A stretch of DNA of 63,481 nucleotides, the filler included, from Octopus bimaculoides (Eukaryota), in NCBI RefSeq assembly GCF_001194135.2. It is 9 parts of 9 records of this genome, joined end to end, with 100 filler letters (N's around TTAATTAATTAA, not from the genome) between each part and the next. Parts side by side here need not be neighbours in the genome. Positions count along the whole stretch, not along the records: positions 38,120 to 42,887 come from NC_069002.1; positions 42,988 to 44,967 come from NW_026406806.1; positions 45,068 to 48,851 come from NC_069000.1; positions 48,952 to 61,508 come from NC_068995.1; 5 more parts are not named here. One strand, given 5' to 3'. The notes beneath the pieces are model-generated. The model saw nothing but the letters and a program-made list of their open reading frames with translations. It made no database searches and was not told where the DNA came from. Below are positions 38,880 through 51,391 of the stretch, piece by piece. Numbering within the stretch: the stretch's first letter is position 1; the number at the start of each line of letters is the position of its first letter. A program made the position numbers and the translations under genes.

Positions 38880-39127
38880 TGGAAGACCAGCAGTCTCCCA
38901 TGCATACCAGCCTTCCCTATCCATGTCATTGATATTATCCAAGGGAAAGGCAAAGACCAATATAGCTTGGCACCAGTGACATCGCAACTTATTTCTACTG
39001 CTGTGTAAACTGGAGCAACATGAAACAAGTATCTTGTTCAAAAACACAACACACAGCCAAGCCTGGGATTCAAACTCACTACCTCATGATTGTGAGCCCG
39101 ATACTCTAACCACTGTGACATGCACCT
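38880..39127 (-). mobile_element. SINE family D (tRNA-derived head)
   Basis: Reverse complement begins AGGTGCATGTCACAGTGGTTAGAG..GAGTTTGAATCCC. The central module (AACTGGAGCAA..GAAA) is shared with 50160-50220. Confidence 0.7.
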
Positions 39128-40349
39128 TCATAATGGTAGCCTGGTTAACATACAAAATAGAGAATATTTATCCATCAATGTGGTGTTGGGCACTCATTCA
39201 CACTTTTTATTATTATTATTATTATACATATATTATTATTATTATTATATACACGCACATAATTACATTCACACAAATACAAATTCTCAAATGCTCACAC
39301 ACATATCCTGGAAAAAAGTAGTTAATACCAAATATCAAACAATCCAGCAAAACATTACAAAACAGTGGAAGCTTTTCTTTATAATTTATGTATTTGTTTA
39401 GATATTATCATCAGAGAGAAACCAACTTGGAGAGATTCTGCCATACAATGGCTTGTAATTCTTGGAATATCCTTCCATACGGAATCAATGACATCAACAT
39501 ATATTATTGCATGCATTTTCTCTATTTCTGTTGGCTGAAGAAACTAAATGCAGTTTTCTCATGCACCATTGATACTGATTTCTGATTTGTATAAATGTGC
39601 TTCCATTTGCATGAAAAAGAAGAAGAAAAAAATCTTCCAAGAATTCTTTTATCGATGATGATGTTTCAGCACCACCATCACCATAACTGCCACTGCAACT
39701 ACCACCATCACATTCACCACAACCATAACCACCATTACTATAACAATCGCTGCCACCACTACCACTACCACAATCATCACAACTACTGAGCTTCAACTGA
39801 GTATGTACTATCTGTGAGTCTCACCAGCATCAGCACCATATTCACCACAACCACCACCACAACTACACCATCACCAGTACCACATTCACTACAACCATAA
39901 CCACCACCAGGAAATATCTGATCAAGTCCACCTATGATCAATGACATTCCAACTGTGAGCATATGATCCTGCCTTTTGGAGGCTTTGTTTTTTATTTTAC
40001 TGCAGCATAGCTTATCAAGGAATCCATTATCCAAAATGTCCTGGTTATGTAATATGAGGGAGATTTGCCTGTTGTTTATAGCAGGTCATAATAAGAAGGA
40101 ACATCACAGCCAAATGGTTAAAAAGTTATTTAATACAACATAACTGCATGTTCAAGGAGTTGAATTTGCAATCACAGAGTTCCTGGTTCAATTGTGCTGC
40201 ATGACATCTTGGGCAAGGGTTTTTACTAGAGCCTCACTTAGGTACAATTAATAAGTCTCACTTAAGTATATTCTACTAATGAATTAAATCTGGGTTTCTA
40301 CTGGTAAGTCTGAGCATACATTGCTGATGAGTTTCGTCTGAGTGTGCAT

Positions 40350-40753
40350 TAATAATCCTTTCTACTAAAGGCACAAGGCCTGAAATTTGAGGGGAGGGGG
40401 ACTAGTCGATTACATCGACCCCAGTGTTTTACTGGTCCTTAATTTATCAACCCCGAAAGGATGAAAAACAAAGTCAACCTCAGCAGAATTTTAAGTCAGA
40501 ATATGAAGACATGAAATACCTATTTCGTTATTGCCCACAGGGGGCTAAACATAGAGGGGACAAACAAGGACAGACAAAGGGATTAAATCGATTACATCAA
40601 CCCCAGTGCGTAACTGGTACTTAATTTATCAACCACGAAAGGATGAAAGGCAAAGTCGACCTCGGCGGAATTTGAACTCAGAACGTAATGGCAGACGAAA
40701 TACCGCTAAGCACTTCGCCCGGCGTGCTAACGATTCTGCCAGCTCACCGCCTT
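40350..40753 (-). mobile_element. Two adjacent SINE family B copies (40350-40500 tail type 2; 40521-40753 tail type 1, full length)
   Basis: Same core, different 3' ends. Confidence 0.88.
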
Positions 40754-40754
40754 A

Positions 40755-41400
40755 GTGTGTTAATAATGAGTATTATTTAAGTGTGTTAATAATGAGCCTC
40801 CAAGTATAAATTTCTACTGAGCTTCATCTGAATACATACTACTACTCAGTCTTGTCTGAGTATGTATAATTAATGAGCCTCATTTGAGTATGTAATACTA
40901 ATAAATCTCAGAGAATGTACTCCTACTGGGCCTCAATGGAGACATACTACTCATGAGTTTCATCTGAGTATATATTATTCATGAGCCTCCGAAGAAATAC
41001 TACTAATGAGCCTCACCTGAGTATCTGCTGTTACTCGTAATCAGTCTCACATGAGTGCATATTCTAAATGAGTATGCACCATTAATGAGTCTATATGCAA
41101 TATTGAGCCTCATTGTGTATTTACTACCAATGAGCCTGTGGGCATTGTTAATGAGCCTCACCTGAGTATTTACTGATAATTTCACCCAAGTATTTTTAAT
41201 AAGCCTCAACTGAGTATGACTGCCATTTTAACTTATATTAGTGAACATCACTCAAATATGTATTTATTATTAATGAACCACACCTGAATGAGTTTGCACT
41301 ATTACTGAGCTTCAACTGAGTATGTACTATCTGTGAGTCTCACTTGATTTGTACTATTGGTGAGTGTCTCATTACACAGCAAATGAGTTTTACCTGCACA
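40755..41400. repeat. Degenerate ~25-35-bp minisatellite (consensus approximately TACTAATGAGCCTCACCTGAGTA)
   Basis: ATGAGCCTC/CTGAGTA recurs many times; the same motif occurs at 40215-40345. Confidence 0.75.
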
Positions 41401-42055
41401 TGTGAAGATACTGACAGCAAGCCTCATGTAAGGATATACAAAAGGAGTAAAGTCTATAGCCTTTGTAATGATTTCATTTATTTGTCACCAAGGCAACGGA
41501 TGAGGAGGACAATACAAAGACAGACACAAAATGTTGGGGGTTTACATAGAATGAAATGATAAAATAAAAATAATTAAAAAAATTAACGTAAGTATACATG
41601 GTACACAATGAAAAGGAAGGGACTTATACATAGTATAGAAAGGAATAAAGAAGAAAAACAAATGGTAAGAGAACTGATGACAATATATATATATATATAT
41701 ATCATTGCTGCAAAATAAAATAAAGAAAGTAAAATCAAGCTGAAGATGCAAGCATATATATCTAAACGTGTAGTTATTCTTGAAACAAACAATGTTGTTG
41801 CGTTGCAGCGTTGTTGACCCATTCACCCTAAATATCTTCGAAGTCAAGATTTTCTTCCATCTCCCAACGTAAACTACAGATTTGGCAAAGCTACAAATCT
41901 ACAAATTACTTATGCTCGGTTCTTTTAGAAAGCCAGTAAATTGAATTGGACAATGTCACCAATAGAAAATAAAGTGGTCACAACCAGAAAGTGACTTGCT
42001 GGCTCAGAGATAAAAATCAGACAAAATGCTGCACCAGAATTTATTAGAACAGAAG

Positions 42056-42095
<40 letters not shown>

Positions 42096-42526
42096 CATGA
42101 AATTGAAGATAATCATGAAGAGAAACAAGAAGACATAGTTTAGTACCTCAATGTCTGCAGGCAAGTACTGTTTCTTAAAAATATACTAAATAAATAATTA
42201 GATTGATGGAATGATTAAAAACACACTCTGGCCAAATATTATTCACACATTCTTAATGTTCTTCTCTCTTTGGGATAGAATACTTGGAAATACTTTGTTT
42301 TAAACTGTGTTCATGAACTGGCTGTCTATGTATGTATACTGCATACATAATAACACTTGCTCACAAATATGAAGATGTATGTATGCATTTCTTTATTTGT
42401 TTTAGTTATTGAACTGAGTCCATGCTGGAGTATGTAATCATTCTATCAGTCTCTTTTGCCAAGCTACTAAATTACAAGGATGTAAACAAAGTAACACCAG
42501 TTGGCAAGTGGTGGTGGTGGTGGCAT

Positions 42527-42556
<30 letters not shown>

Positions 42557-42560
<4 letters not shown>

Positions 42561-42887
42561 GAAACAACTTCTATCTCATTCCAGGGTGAAAAACTAGAGG
42601 TAGTCGATAGCTTCCGCTATCTGGGCGACCAAGTTAGTAGTTGGGGTGGGTGCGCTGAAAGTGTAGCTGCTAGAATAAGAATAGCCTGGGCAAAGTTTAG
42701 AGAGCTCTTACCCCTGCTGGCGACAAAGGGACTCTCACTCAGAGTAAAAGGCAGACTGTATGACGCATGCGTACGAACAGCCATGCTACATGGCAGTGAA
42801 ACATGGGCTGTAACTGCTGAGGACATACGTAAGCTCGCAAGGAATGAAGCCAGTATGCTCCGTTGGATGTGTAATGTCAATGTGAAT
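42557..42887 (+). pseudogene. RTE-clade LINE fragment (post-RT region)
   Basis: GEKLEVVDSFRYLGDQV..RIRIAWAKFRELLPLL..KGRLYDACVRTAMLHGSETW, stop-free up to the gap. Confidence 0.92.
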
Positions 42888-43229
42888 NNNNNNNNNNNNN
42901 NNNNNNNNNNNNNNNNNNNNNNNNNNNNNNNTTAATTAATTAANNNNNNNNNNNNNNNNNNNNNNNNNNNNNNNNNNNNNNNNNNNNCCACCACCACCAC
43001 CACCTCCATCACCTTCATCACCCCTAATCTATGTCTGTAGGGTCAGGGCTGCCCTTGAAGTACATAACAAGAGCAACAACAACAATGACAAGGTGGGACA
43101 CATTAAATAATGTAGTCCTAGATACACTACATGTGAATAAACAAGATGGTCATGGCTGGAGCATCTTTTGAACCTAATAAGTCTGCTGGACCAGGATTGA
43201 GATGGAGCTAAAGCAACAGTAACAACAAC

Positions 43230-44885
43230 AACAAGTAGAGCACATTAAATAATGTAGTCCTAGATATACTGTGTGTGAATAAAAGACAGGATGGTCACAT
43301 CTGGAACAGGTTTTGATCATATGTCTACTGGACCAGGACTGACTCGGGGTTAAATAACGAGAAAGAACGGCACATAAGATAACGTAGTCTTGGATGTGCT
43401 GTGTATGAATAGGACAGGATGGTCATATCTGGAACAGGTTTTGATCATATGTCTACTGGACCAGGACTGACTCGGGGTTAAATAACGAGAAAGAACGNNN
43501 NNNNNNNNNNNNNNNNNNNNNNNNNNNNNNNNNNNNNNNNNNNNNNNNNNNNNNNNNNNNNNNNNNNNNNNNNNNNNNNNNNNNNNNNNNNNNNNNNNNN
43601 NNNNNNNNNNNNNNNNNNNNNNNNNNNNNNNNNNNNNNNNNNNNNNNNNNNNNNNNNNNNNNNNNNNNNNNNNNNNNNNNNNNNNNNNNNNNNNNNNNNN
43701 NNNNNNNNNNNNNNNNNNNNNNNNNNNNNNNNNNNNNNNNNNNNNNNNNNNNNNNNNNNNNNNNNNNNNNNNNNNNNNNNNNNNNNNNNNNNNNNNNNNN
43801 NNNNNNNNNNNNNNNNNNNNNNNNNNNNNNNNNNNNNNNNNNNNNNNNNNNNNNNNNNNNNNNNNNNNNNNNNNNNNNNNNNNNNNNNNNNNNNNNNNNN
43901 NNNNNNNNNNNNNNNNNNNNNNNNNNNNNNNNNNNNNNNNNNNNNNNNNNNNNNNNNNNNNNNNNNNNNNNNNNNNNNNNNNNNNNNNNNNNNNNNNNNN
44001 NNNNNNNNNNNNNNNNNNNNNNNNNNNNNNNNNNNNNNNNNNNNNNNNNNNNNNNNNNNNNNNNNNNNNNNNNNNNNNNNNNNNNNNNNNNNNNNNNNNN
44101 NNNNNNNNNNNNNNNNNNNNNNNNNNNNNNNNNNNNNNNNNNNNNNNNNNNNNNNNNNNNNNNNNNNNNNNNNNNNNNNNNNNNNNNNNNNNNNNNNNNN
44201 NNNNNNNNNNNNNNNNNNNNNNNNNNNNNNNNNNNNNNNNNNNNNNNNNNNNNNNNNNNNNNNNNNNNNNNNNNNNNNNNNNNNNNNNNNNNNNNNNNNN
44301 NNNNNNNNNNNNNNNNNNNNNNNNNNNNNNNNNNNNNNNNNNNNNNNNNNNNNNNNNNNNNNNNNNNNNNNNNNNNNNNNNNNNNNNNNNNNNNNNNNNN
44401 NNNNNNNNNNNNNNNNNNNNNNNNNNNNNNNNNNNNNNNNNNNNNNNNNNNNNNNAGACAGGATGGTCACATCTGGAACAGGTTTTGATCATATGTCTAC
44501 TGGACCAGGACTGACTCAGGGTTAAATAATGAGAAAGAACCACACATAAGATAGTGTAGTCTTGGATGTGCTGTGTATGAATAGGACAGGATGGTCACAT
44601 CTGGAACAGGTTTTGATCATGTCTACTGGACCAAGACTGACTCGGGGTTAAATAACTAGAAAGAACGGCACATAAGATAATGTAGTCTTGGATGTGCTGT
44701 GTATGAATAGGACAGGATGGTCACATCTGGAACAGGTTTTGATCATATGTCTACTGGACCAGGACTGACTCGAGGTTAAATAATGAGAAAGAATGACACA
44801 TAAGATAATGTAGTCTTGGATGTGCTGTGTATGAATAGGACAGGATGGTCACATCTGGAACATCTAGGCCTGCTGGACCAGGAGC
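43230..44885. repeat. 128-bp tandem repeat array (partly in a gap)
   Basis: GACAGGATGGTCACATCTGG recurs at 43285, 43413, 44457, 44585, 44711 and 44839 (periods 128/128/126/128). Confidence 0.93.
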
Positions 44886-45067
44886 AAGACAGAGCTTCGC
44901 AACAACAATAACGATACTTGTTGTTGGCACTCCGTCGCTTACGACAACGAGGGTTCCAGTTGATCCGNNNNNNNNNNNNNNNNNNNNNNNNNNNNNNNNN
45001 NNNNNNNNNNNTTAATTAATTAANNNNNNNNNNNNNNNNNNNNNNNNNNNNNNNNNNNNNNNNNNNN

Positions 45068-45111
<44 letters not shown>

Positions 45112-45113
<2 letters not shown>

Positions 45114-45517
45114 GAAGTGCTTCCACACATTTTCCATTAACCAAACTCCCTTACAAGGCATTGGTTAGCCTAAGCTTTAGTAGAAGTTACTTGCCCAAAG
45201 TGCCAGGCAGTAGGACTGAACCCAAGACCACATGATTGCAAAGCAAGTTTCTTAACTGCACAGTCATGTCTGTACCTATAAATATATTTATTTCTTTATT
45301 GCCCATAAGAGGCTAAACATAGAGGGGACAAACAAGGACAGACAAAACGATTAAGTTGATTACTTTGACTCCAGTGTATAACTGGTACTTATTTAATCGA
45401 CCCCGAAAGGATAAAATGCAAAGTCGACCTCGGTGGAATTTGAACTCAGAACATAACAGCAGACGAAATACCACTAAGCATTTCATCTGGCGTGCAAACA
45501 ATTCTGCTAGCTTGCCT
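45112..45517 (-). mobile_element. SINE A 5' half (45112-45278) adjacent to SINE B (45287-45517)
   Basis: Family-diagnostic motifs as above. Confidence 0.8.
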
Positions 45518-46458
45518 ATAAATATATTAGATATACACATGCACGCACAAACACACACACACACACACACACACACTCCTATGAAAGACAGCTTTTAATA
45601 GAATATGCATGTATATGATGGGTGCATATACATTGTGTGTATGTGTGTATGTATGTGCATGTATGTGTGTTTGTGGGTGTGTTTGTATAGATATATATGT
45701 TTACTGTGAGAACAGAGATATAACACTCAGATTTATTACTACATTCCAATGTGAGAAAAAAATACTACACCCCCATGCTGGCAGATAACAACAAAAAAAA
45801 AACATTGTCGTCATCATCATCAACATAATCATCATCATCGTTGTTAAGGACTACAACAAGACAACCATCAATAACAAAAAAAAACAAAACGAATAAGACA
45901 AAATGTAGAACTGCAAACAAACAAACAAATAATAAAACAAGCTTCCAAACAGCAGTGCTATATTTACTATTAATTTATTTCTTGCAGCAACCAGTGCAGA
46001 GTTCCCCTAATTAGGCTCAAGAAATTCTACCTAACAGCAGCAGCAGCAGTTTCTGGTGAAGGTTTCAAACCATCAAAGAAATCAAATCAAAAAAATACAT
46101 ACACATACACACGCGCGCACACACACACACACACAGACACAGACACACACACACACAGACACACACACACAGACACACACAGACACACAGACACACACAG
46201 ACACACACACACACAGATATGCATGTGTATATGTGTGTGTGTGTTTCAGTTTGTGTTTGTGGATATGAATGCTCTCATGTATGACAAATTTACCATTCAG
46301 GTTGCAGCTCTTATTAGTAATCACATGTACTAAAGGAATACCAAGTGTTCATGCTCATGGTTATTTTTATTCATTAAATACATTTATGTGTATATATATA
46401 TATATAACCCATGCTGCCAGCATGGACAACGGATGTTAAATGACGATGATGATGATGA

Positions 46459-46790
46459 TAGGTGCAGGTGTGGTTGTGTGGTAAGATGCTTGCATCACAA
46501 CCATATGGTTTTGTGCTCAGTCTCATTGCATTGCACCATGGGCAAGTGTCTTCTGCTATAGCCTTGGGCTGACCAAAGCCACGTGAGTGGGTTTGGTAGA
46601 TGTGTGTGTGTGTGTGTGCATGTGTGCATATGCATGCGTTTGTTGTTAAGATGTTCAGTTCCCATCCACATGGTTTCAGGTTCAGTCTCCCTGTGCAGCA
46701 CCTTGGTTAGGTGCCTTCTACTTTAGAACTGGATGGACTAAAGTCTTGGGTGTGGACTTAGTAGATGGAAACTTAAAGAAGCCCAATATG
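46459..46790 (+). mobile_element. Two diverged SINE A 5' halves
   Basis: AGGTGCAGGTGTGGTTGTGTGGTAAG head; GGGCAAGTGTCTTCT motif. Confidence 0.7.
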
Positions 46791-47189
46791 CATATATGTG
46801 TATGTATATGCACATATGTGCCTTCATGTGTGATTGCATGCTAATTTTGAATTTGCACTCGTAAAAATTGCAAGCTATCAGGAGTGACAGTGTTGTCTTG
46901 TCAAATCATTTGCTGGCTTAGCATCTGACTGTAAAACAATGCTTTAATAATGTTTTTGTCTAAACTATGATAGCACGAAAAAATGGACATGAAAAATCAA
47001 CAAATATCTGTCTTTCTGTCTGTGTATGTATGTATGTGTGTATGTATGTATGTATGTTTGTTTGTTTGTTTGTTTGTTTGTTTGTTTGTTTGTTTGTTTG
47101 TTTAGCAGCTGAAGAAACACTGTAAAGCTAAGCGCTTTATGGACGTGAGACCCAGGGCAAGCCCATAGATCAGCGATATCTATCTTTAT

Positions 47190-47303
47190 AGTTCAGTCCC
47201 ACTGCATGGCACCTTGGGCAAGTGTCTTCTATTATAGCCTCGGGCCGACGAAAGCCTTGTGAGTGGTAGACAGAAACTGAAAGAAGCCCATCATATATGT
47301 GTG

Positions 47304-47370
<67 letters not shown>

Positions 47371-47570
47371 TTGTGTGTCTGTGTTTGTCCCCCAACATCG
47401 CTTGACAATCGATGGTGGTGTGTTTATGTCCTTTTAACATAGTGGTTCGGCAAAAAAGACCGATAGAATAAGCACTAGGCTGAATAAGTCCTGGGGTCGA
47501 TTTGCTCGACTAAAGGCGGTGTACCAGCATGGCCGCAGTCAAATGACTGAAACAAGTAAAAGAAAAGAAA
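47190..47570 (+). mobile_element. SINE family A lacking the extreme 5' end
   Basis: GTTCAGTCCCACTGCATGGCACCTTGGGCAAGTG through GAAACAAGTAAAAG. Confidence 0.88.
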
Positions 47571-48056
47571 ATATATGTATATATAAATGTAAACAGATGT
47601 ATGCATTTGTGTATGCATTTATACATAAATACAACATATAGATATGTGTGTGTGTGTGCATGTACATGTGTGTGTGTTTTCACACACATGTACATATATG
47701 TGTGTGCGAGTGTGTGTGTATACACACACAGCCATGTTTATATGTACATGCATAATTATACATACAACTGTATGAATGTATCTGTGTAAGTATGTGCATG
47801 TGTATATGTGTAAGTGTTTGCATGAGAAAATGCAAACACGTGTGTGTCTGCATAAAAGATATTGGAAGCAAATAAATTCACAGGTCAGAGAAGAAGTGCT
47901 GCTTTACAAAACTGCATCCTCTCCTTTCAACTCATTGTACTTGTTTTTATTTGTTCATTTATATTTTTATCCCTTTAACAAACTCACACACACATCTGCC
48001 TGCCTATCTGCCTGTCTGCCTATGTATGTATGTATGTATGTATGTATGTATGTATG

Positions 48057-48104
<48 letters not shown>

Positions 48105-48328
48105 AATCTATCTATCTATCTAATTTATTTTTACATATGTATTCTCACTTATTATTTAGTTACGGAAGAGAGTTGAGTTGGCAGAACTGACAAAGTGTTG
48201 TACTAAAAGCATTTGAACGAATACTTTCAACTCACCATTTCTCCTCTCACCATGACTCTGACATTTCACATCTAATTATGAAGTCATTATCAACATTTTG
48301 TGTGTATCTTGTGTGTATTTTGTGTGCA

Positions 48329-48422
<94 letters not shown>

Positions 48423-49177
48423 TGTGTGTGCAATCACAAGAGGTGGTAGTGCTGGTAGAACATAGAAATAAAAGGAATGTTATTTATTAGTCTTGTGTAG
48501 ATCTTTTGTTTTTGTTTTCACTTTCATTCTTAGCTCACACATGTTAACTTGATCCAAAGATGTTCATACTTACTCGCCAGAAAGATATGAATATTACGGC
48601 ACATCATCCAATTCTTCACAATGCTTTTTTATTTTAAATTGTACAACTTTTGAGTCTAGTCATAAATATACCAGTTCATGATTTCATTTCCCATACATAC
48701 ACACACACACAAACACACACACACACACACACACACACATATGCGCATATATATATATATACACATATATACTTATACATATATACATACATATACATAT
48801 ATAAATGTACATATACATATATATATATACATATATACATATATATATATANNNNNNNNNNNNNNNNNNNNNNNNNNNNNNNNNNNNNNNNNNNNTTAAT
48901 TAATTAANNNNNNNNNNNNNNNNNNNNNNNNNNNNNNNNNNNNNNNNNNNNATATATCTATATACATATGTCCATATATACGTATATATATATATATATA
49001 TTTATATGTGCGTGCACGTGTGTGTATGTAAACGTGTATGTATGTGTATGCACAAAATATATTTGGTTGCGGGAGAGTAAATCTTTTAACAATTAAAAGC
49101 TTAAAAAATATCCCCATCAGTAACTCTATCGCATAGAATGTGCAATTGTTTAGAGAGAGAAAGAGAGAGAGAGAGAA

Positions 49178-49208
<31 letters not shown>

Positions 49209-49214
49209 TAGAGG

Positions 49215-49265
<51 letters not shown>

Positions 49266-49627
49266 GGAGTGGCAAGAACAATAGTGCGCTGCCTTACAGA
49301 AGTATTTATTTACAGAGCTCTATGTTCTGAGTTCGAATTTTGCAGGAGTCAAATCCTAATAATTATCGACCATATTACTTTGTCAAACACAAAGCAGTTT
49401 CTACATGGTCACTTGCTCTTGTGGAATGAGGAACCAATACTTTTACATATCGCTTCTTGATGTTTTTTAAAACGTTGAAAGTAGACGAAATGGTCACAGA
49501 TAGAAAAGCTTTAACCATCATCTGCAACATAAGTGCTGATTTAGTTAATCAACAAAACTACTGGAGGGAAGTGGATTTCGGACAAGAGAGATTGAAAAGG
49601 AAATACAACAGGCCATTGAAAGTTAAT

Positions 49628-49729
49628 GAGCATTATAAAGTGTATGAGCATTATAATTAAGTAATTTTCAAGGTAGTGGAGCATTATAAAGTGTATGAGC
49701 ATTATAATTAAGTAATTTTCAAGGTAGTG
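49628..49729. repeat. Exact 51-bp tandem duplication
   Basis: GAGCATTATAAAGTGTATGAGCATTATAATTAAGTAATTTTCAAGGTAGTG, twice. Confidence 0.9.
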
Positions 49730-49974
49730 GAGTGGTGGAACTGTTAGAGCATCGAGAAACCTGCATTGCAGCATTTCTTCAGGCATTTTATATTCTGAGT
49801 TCAAATTCTGCCGAAGTCATCCTATATTTCGTGTTTTTAGATTCGATAAAATGAAGTAGCACTGAAGTCCAAAGGTCGATTATATTGACCAGCTCCTCCA
49901 ATGAAATTGTTGGCTGTGTGTCTAAAATAGAAAGACTATTAATGTAGTATTATTTAAAGCAACTTTTAAAGTTA

Positions 49975-50285
49975 AACTGGCACTCTGTCTGTTACGACAA
50001 GGGTTTCAGTTGATCCGATTAACGGAACAGCCTGCTCATGCTATTAACGTGCAAGGGGATGAGCACTCCACAAACACACGTACACTTAGCGTAATGTTCA
50101 GGGAGATTCAGCATAGAATGTCACAAAGCTGGCCCTTTAAATTACGGGTAATATTCATTTTTTCCAGCTGAGTAAACTGGAGCAAAGTGAAATAAAGTAT
50201 ATTGCTTAAGAACACAACGCGCAGCTGGGAATCAAATTCACGACTTTACATTCTCGAGCCGAATAACCAGCGACTAGGCCATTTA
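49975..50285 (-). mobile_element. SINE with family C 3' end and family D-like central module
   Basis: CAGTTGATCCGAT..CGGAACAGCCTGCTC (C tail) joined to CAGCTGAGTAAACTGGAGCAA (D centre) and a decayed tRNA head. Confidence 0.6.
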
Positions 50286-51355
50286 CCATAAACCGAAACA
50301 CTGTAAAGTATATGTTCCAATAGTTTCCGTTGTTTGAAAGATAAAGAGAAACACTTAAAGCGAAGTCGGAGCTGATTTAAGTCAACTTGGATGATCTTAG
50401 CAACTATGAAAGTGCTTCTGTCGTCGGGTACCTCAGAGTATGAGGAAAGGCAAAGCCAGTTCGCTCTAGAGACCGGCTGCCAGTTGCAAGAGATACGAAG
50501 AGAGTCACTGATGCTAAACTGAAGTTTTTAACAGAGAGTCACTGCATTTGTAGGTTTGACAGACGGGTGACAGACGGGTCTTTGTTGAGTTTATATACTT
50601 TGTTAACCAGGTTCTGTTATTTTTTGAATGTCGATCCACACTGTACACACCTGAGTGTTGTTTGCAGTTTAGTAGCTGAAGGTCCAACAATGAAGTAGAT
50701 AATATATGTATACATTGTTACTACTAGTAAAGGATTTGTGATCTGACTTGAAGCAAGAAAATACTGGGTTGGCAGCATATAAGTAATATGGCCAATGCTT
50801 TTTTCAAACTATAAGGATCTATTAGTCTAGTGCCTGCGTCTAGTTTTCTGCTGAGCTGTTGTTCTTTCATTGCATGTGAGCCTCATAAAATACTAGGACC
50901 GAATTAATTGACTGATATTGGTGTTTCCAAGGCTTTTTCAAACAAGGGACTACGGACGGGGGTCAGCCGTACAAAATTTTATTTCTTGAATGTATTGTCT
51001 GGGGAGAGAAGCCAGCACATATGACTCGTTCCGGGAACTCAGTGTTGGAAGCCCTGCAAAATTGGGAACATGGAGAAAAAAATAGCTAATTTTTTCTAAA
51101 CCTATACTCCTCCTCCTCCTCCGTTCCTCCACTACCTCATCTCTCTTCTCCAGCTCCTCTGCTCCTCACCCTTTCTCCTTTTCTCCCCAGCTACTCCTCT
51201 TGCTCCTCACCTCTTATTTCTCCCCACGTCCACTTCCCCATTTCCTTACCTCCCCTTCTCTCCTCCTCCCATCTGCCCCCTTCTCTTCTCTTTTCCCCTC
51301 TTCTTTCTACCGTCTCTTCACCTTTACTTTTCTTCCCAGTTCATCATCATCATCG

Positions 51356-51391
<36 letters not shown>

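Noticed and set aside
39401-39538. 45-codon hydrophobic frame after a possible acceptor (IIIREKPTWRDSAIQWLVILG..)
   Set aside because: Too short, no partner exons and no recognisable domain.
43230-44885. Regularly spaced repeats resembling a CRISPR array (also 40755-41400)
   Set aside because: Whole units are repeated with no unique spacers, there are no cas genes, and the context is eukaryotic.
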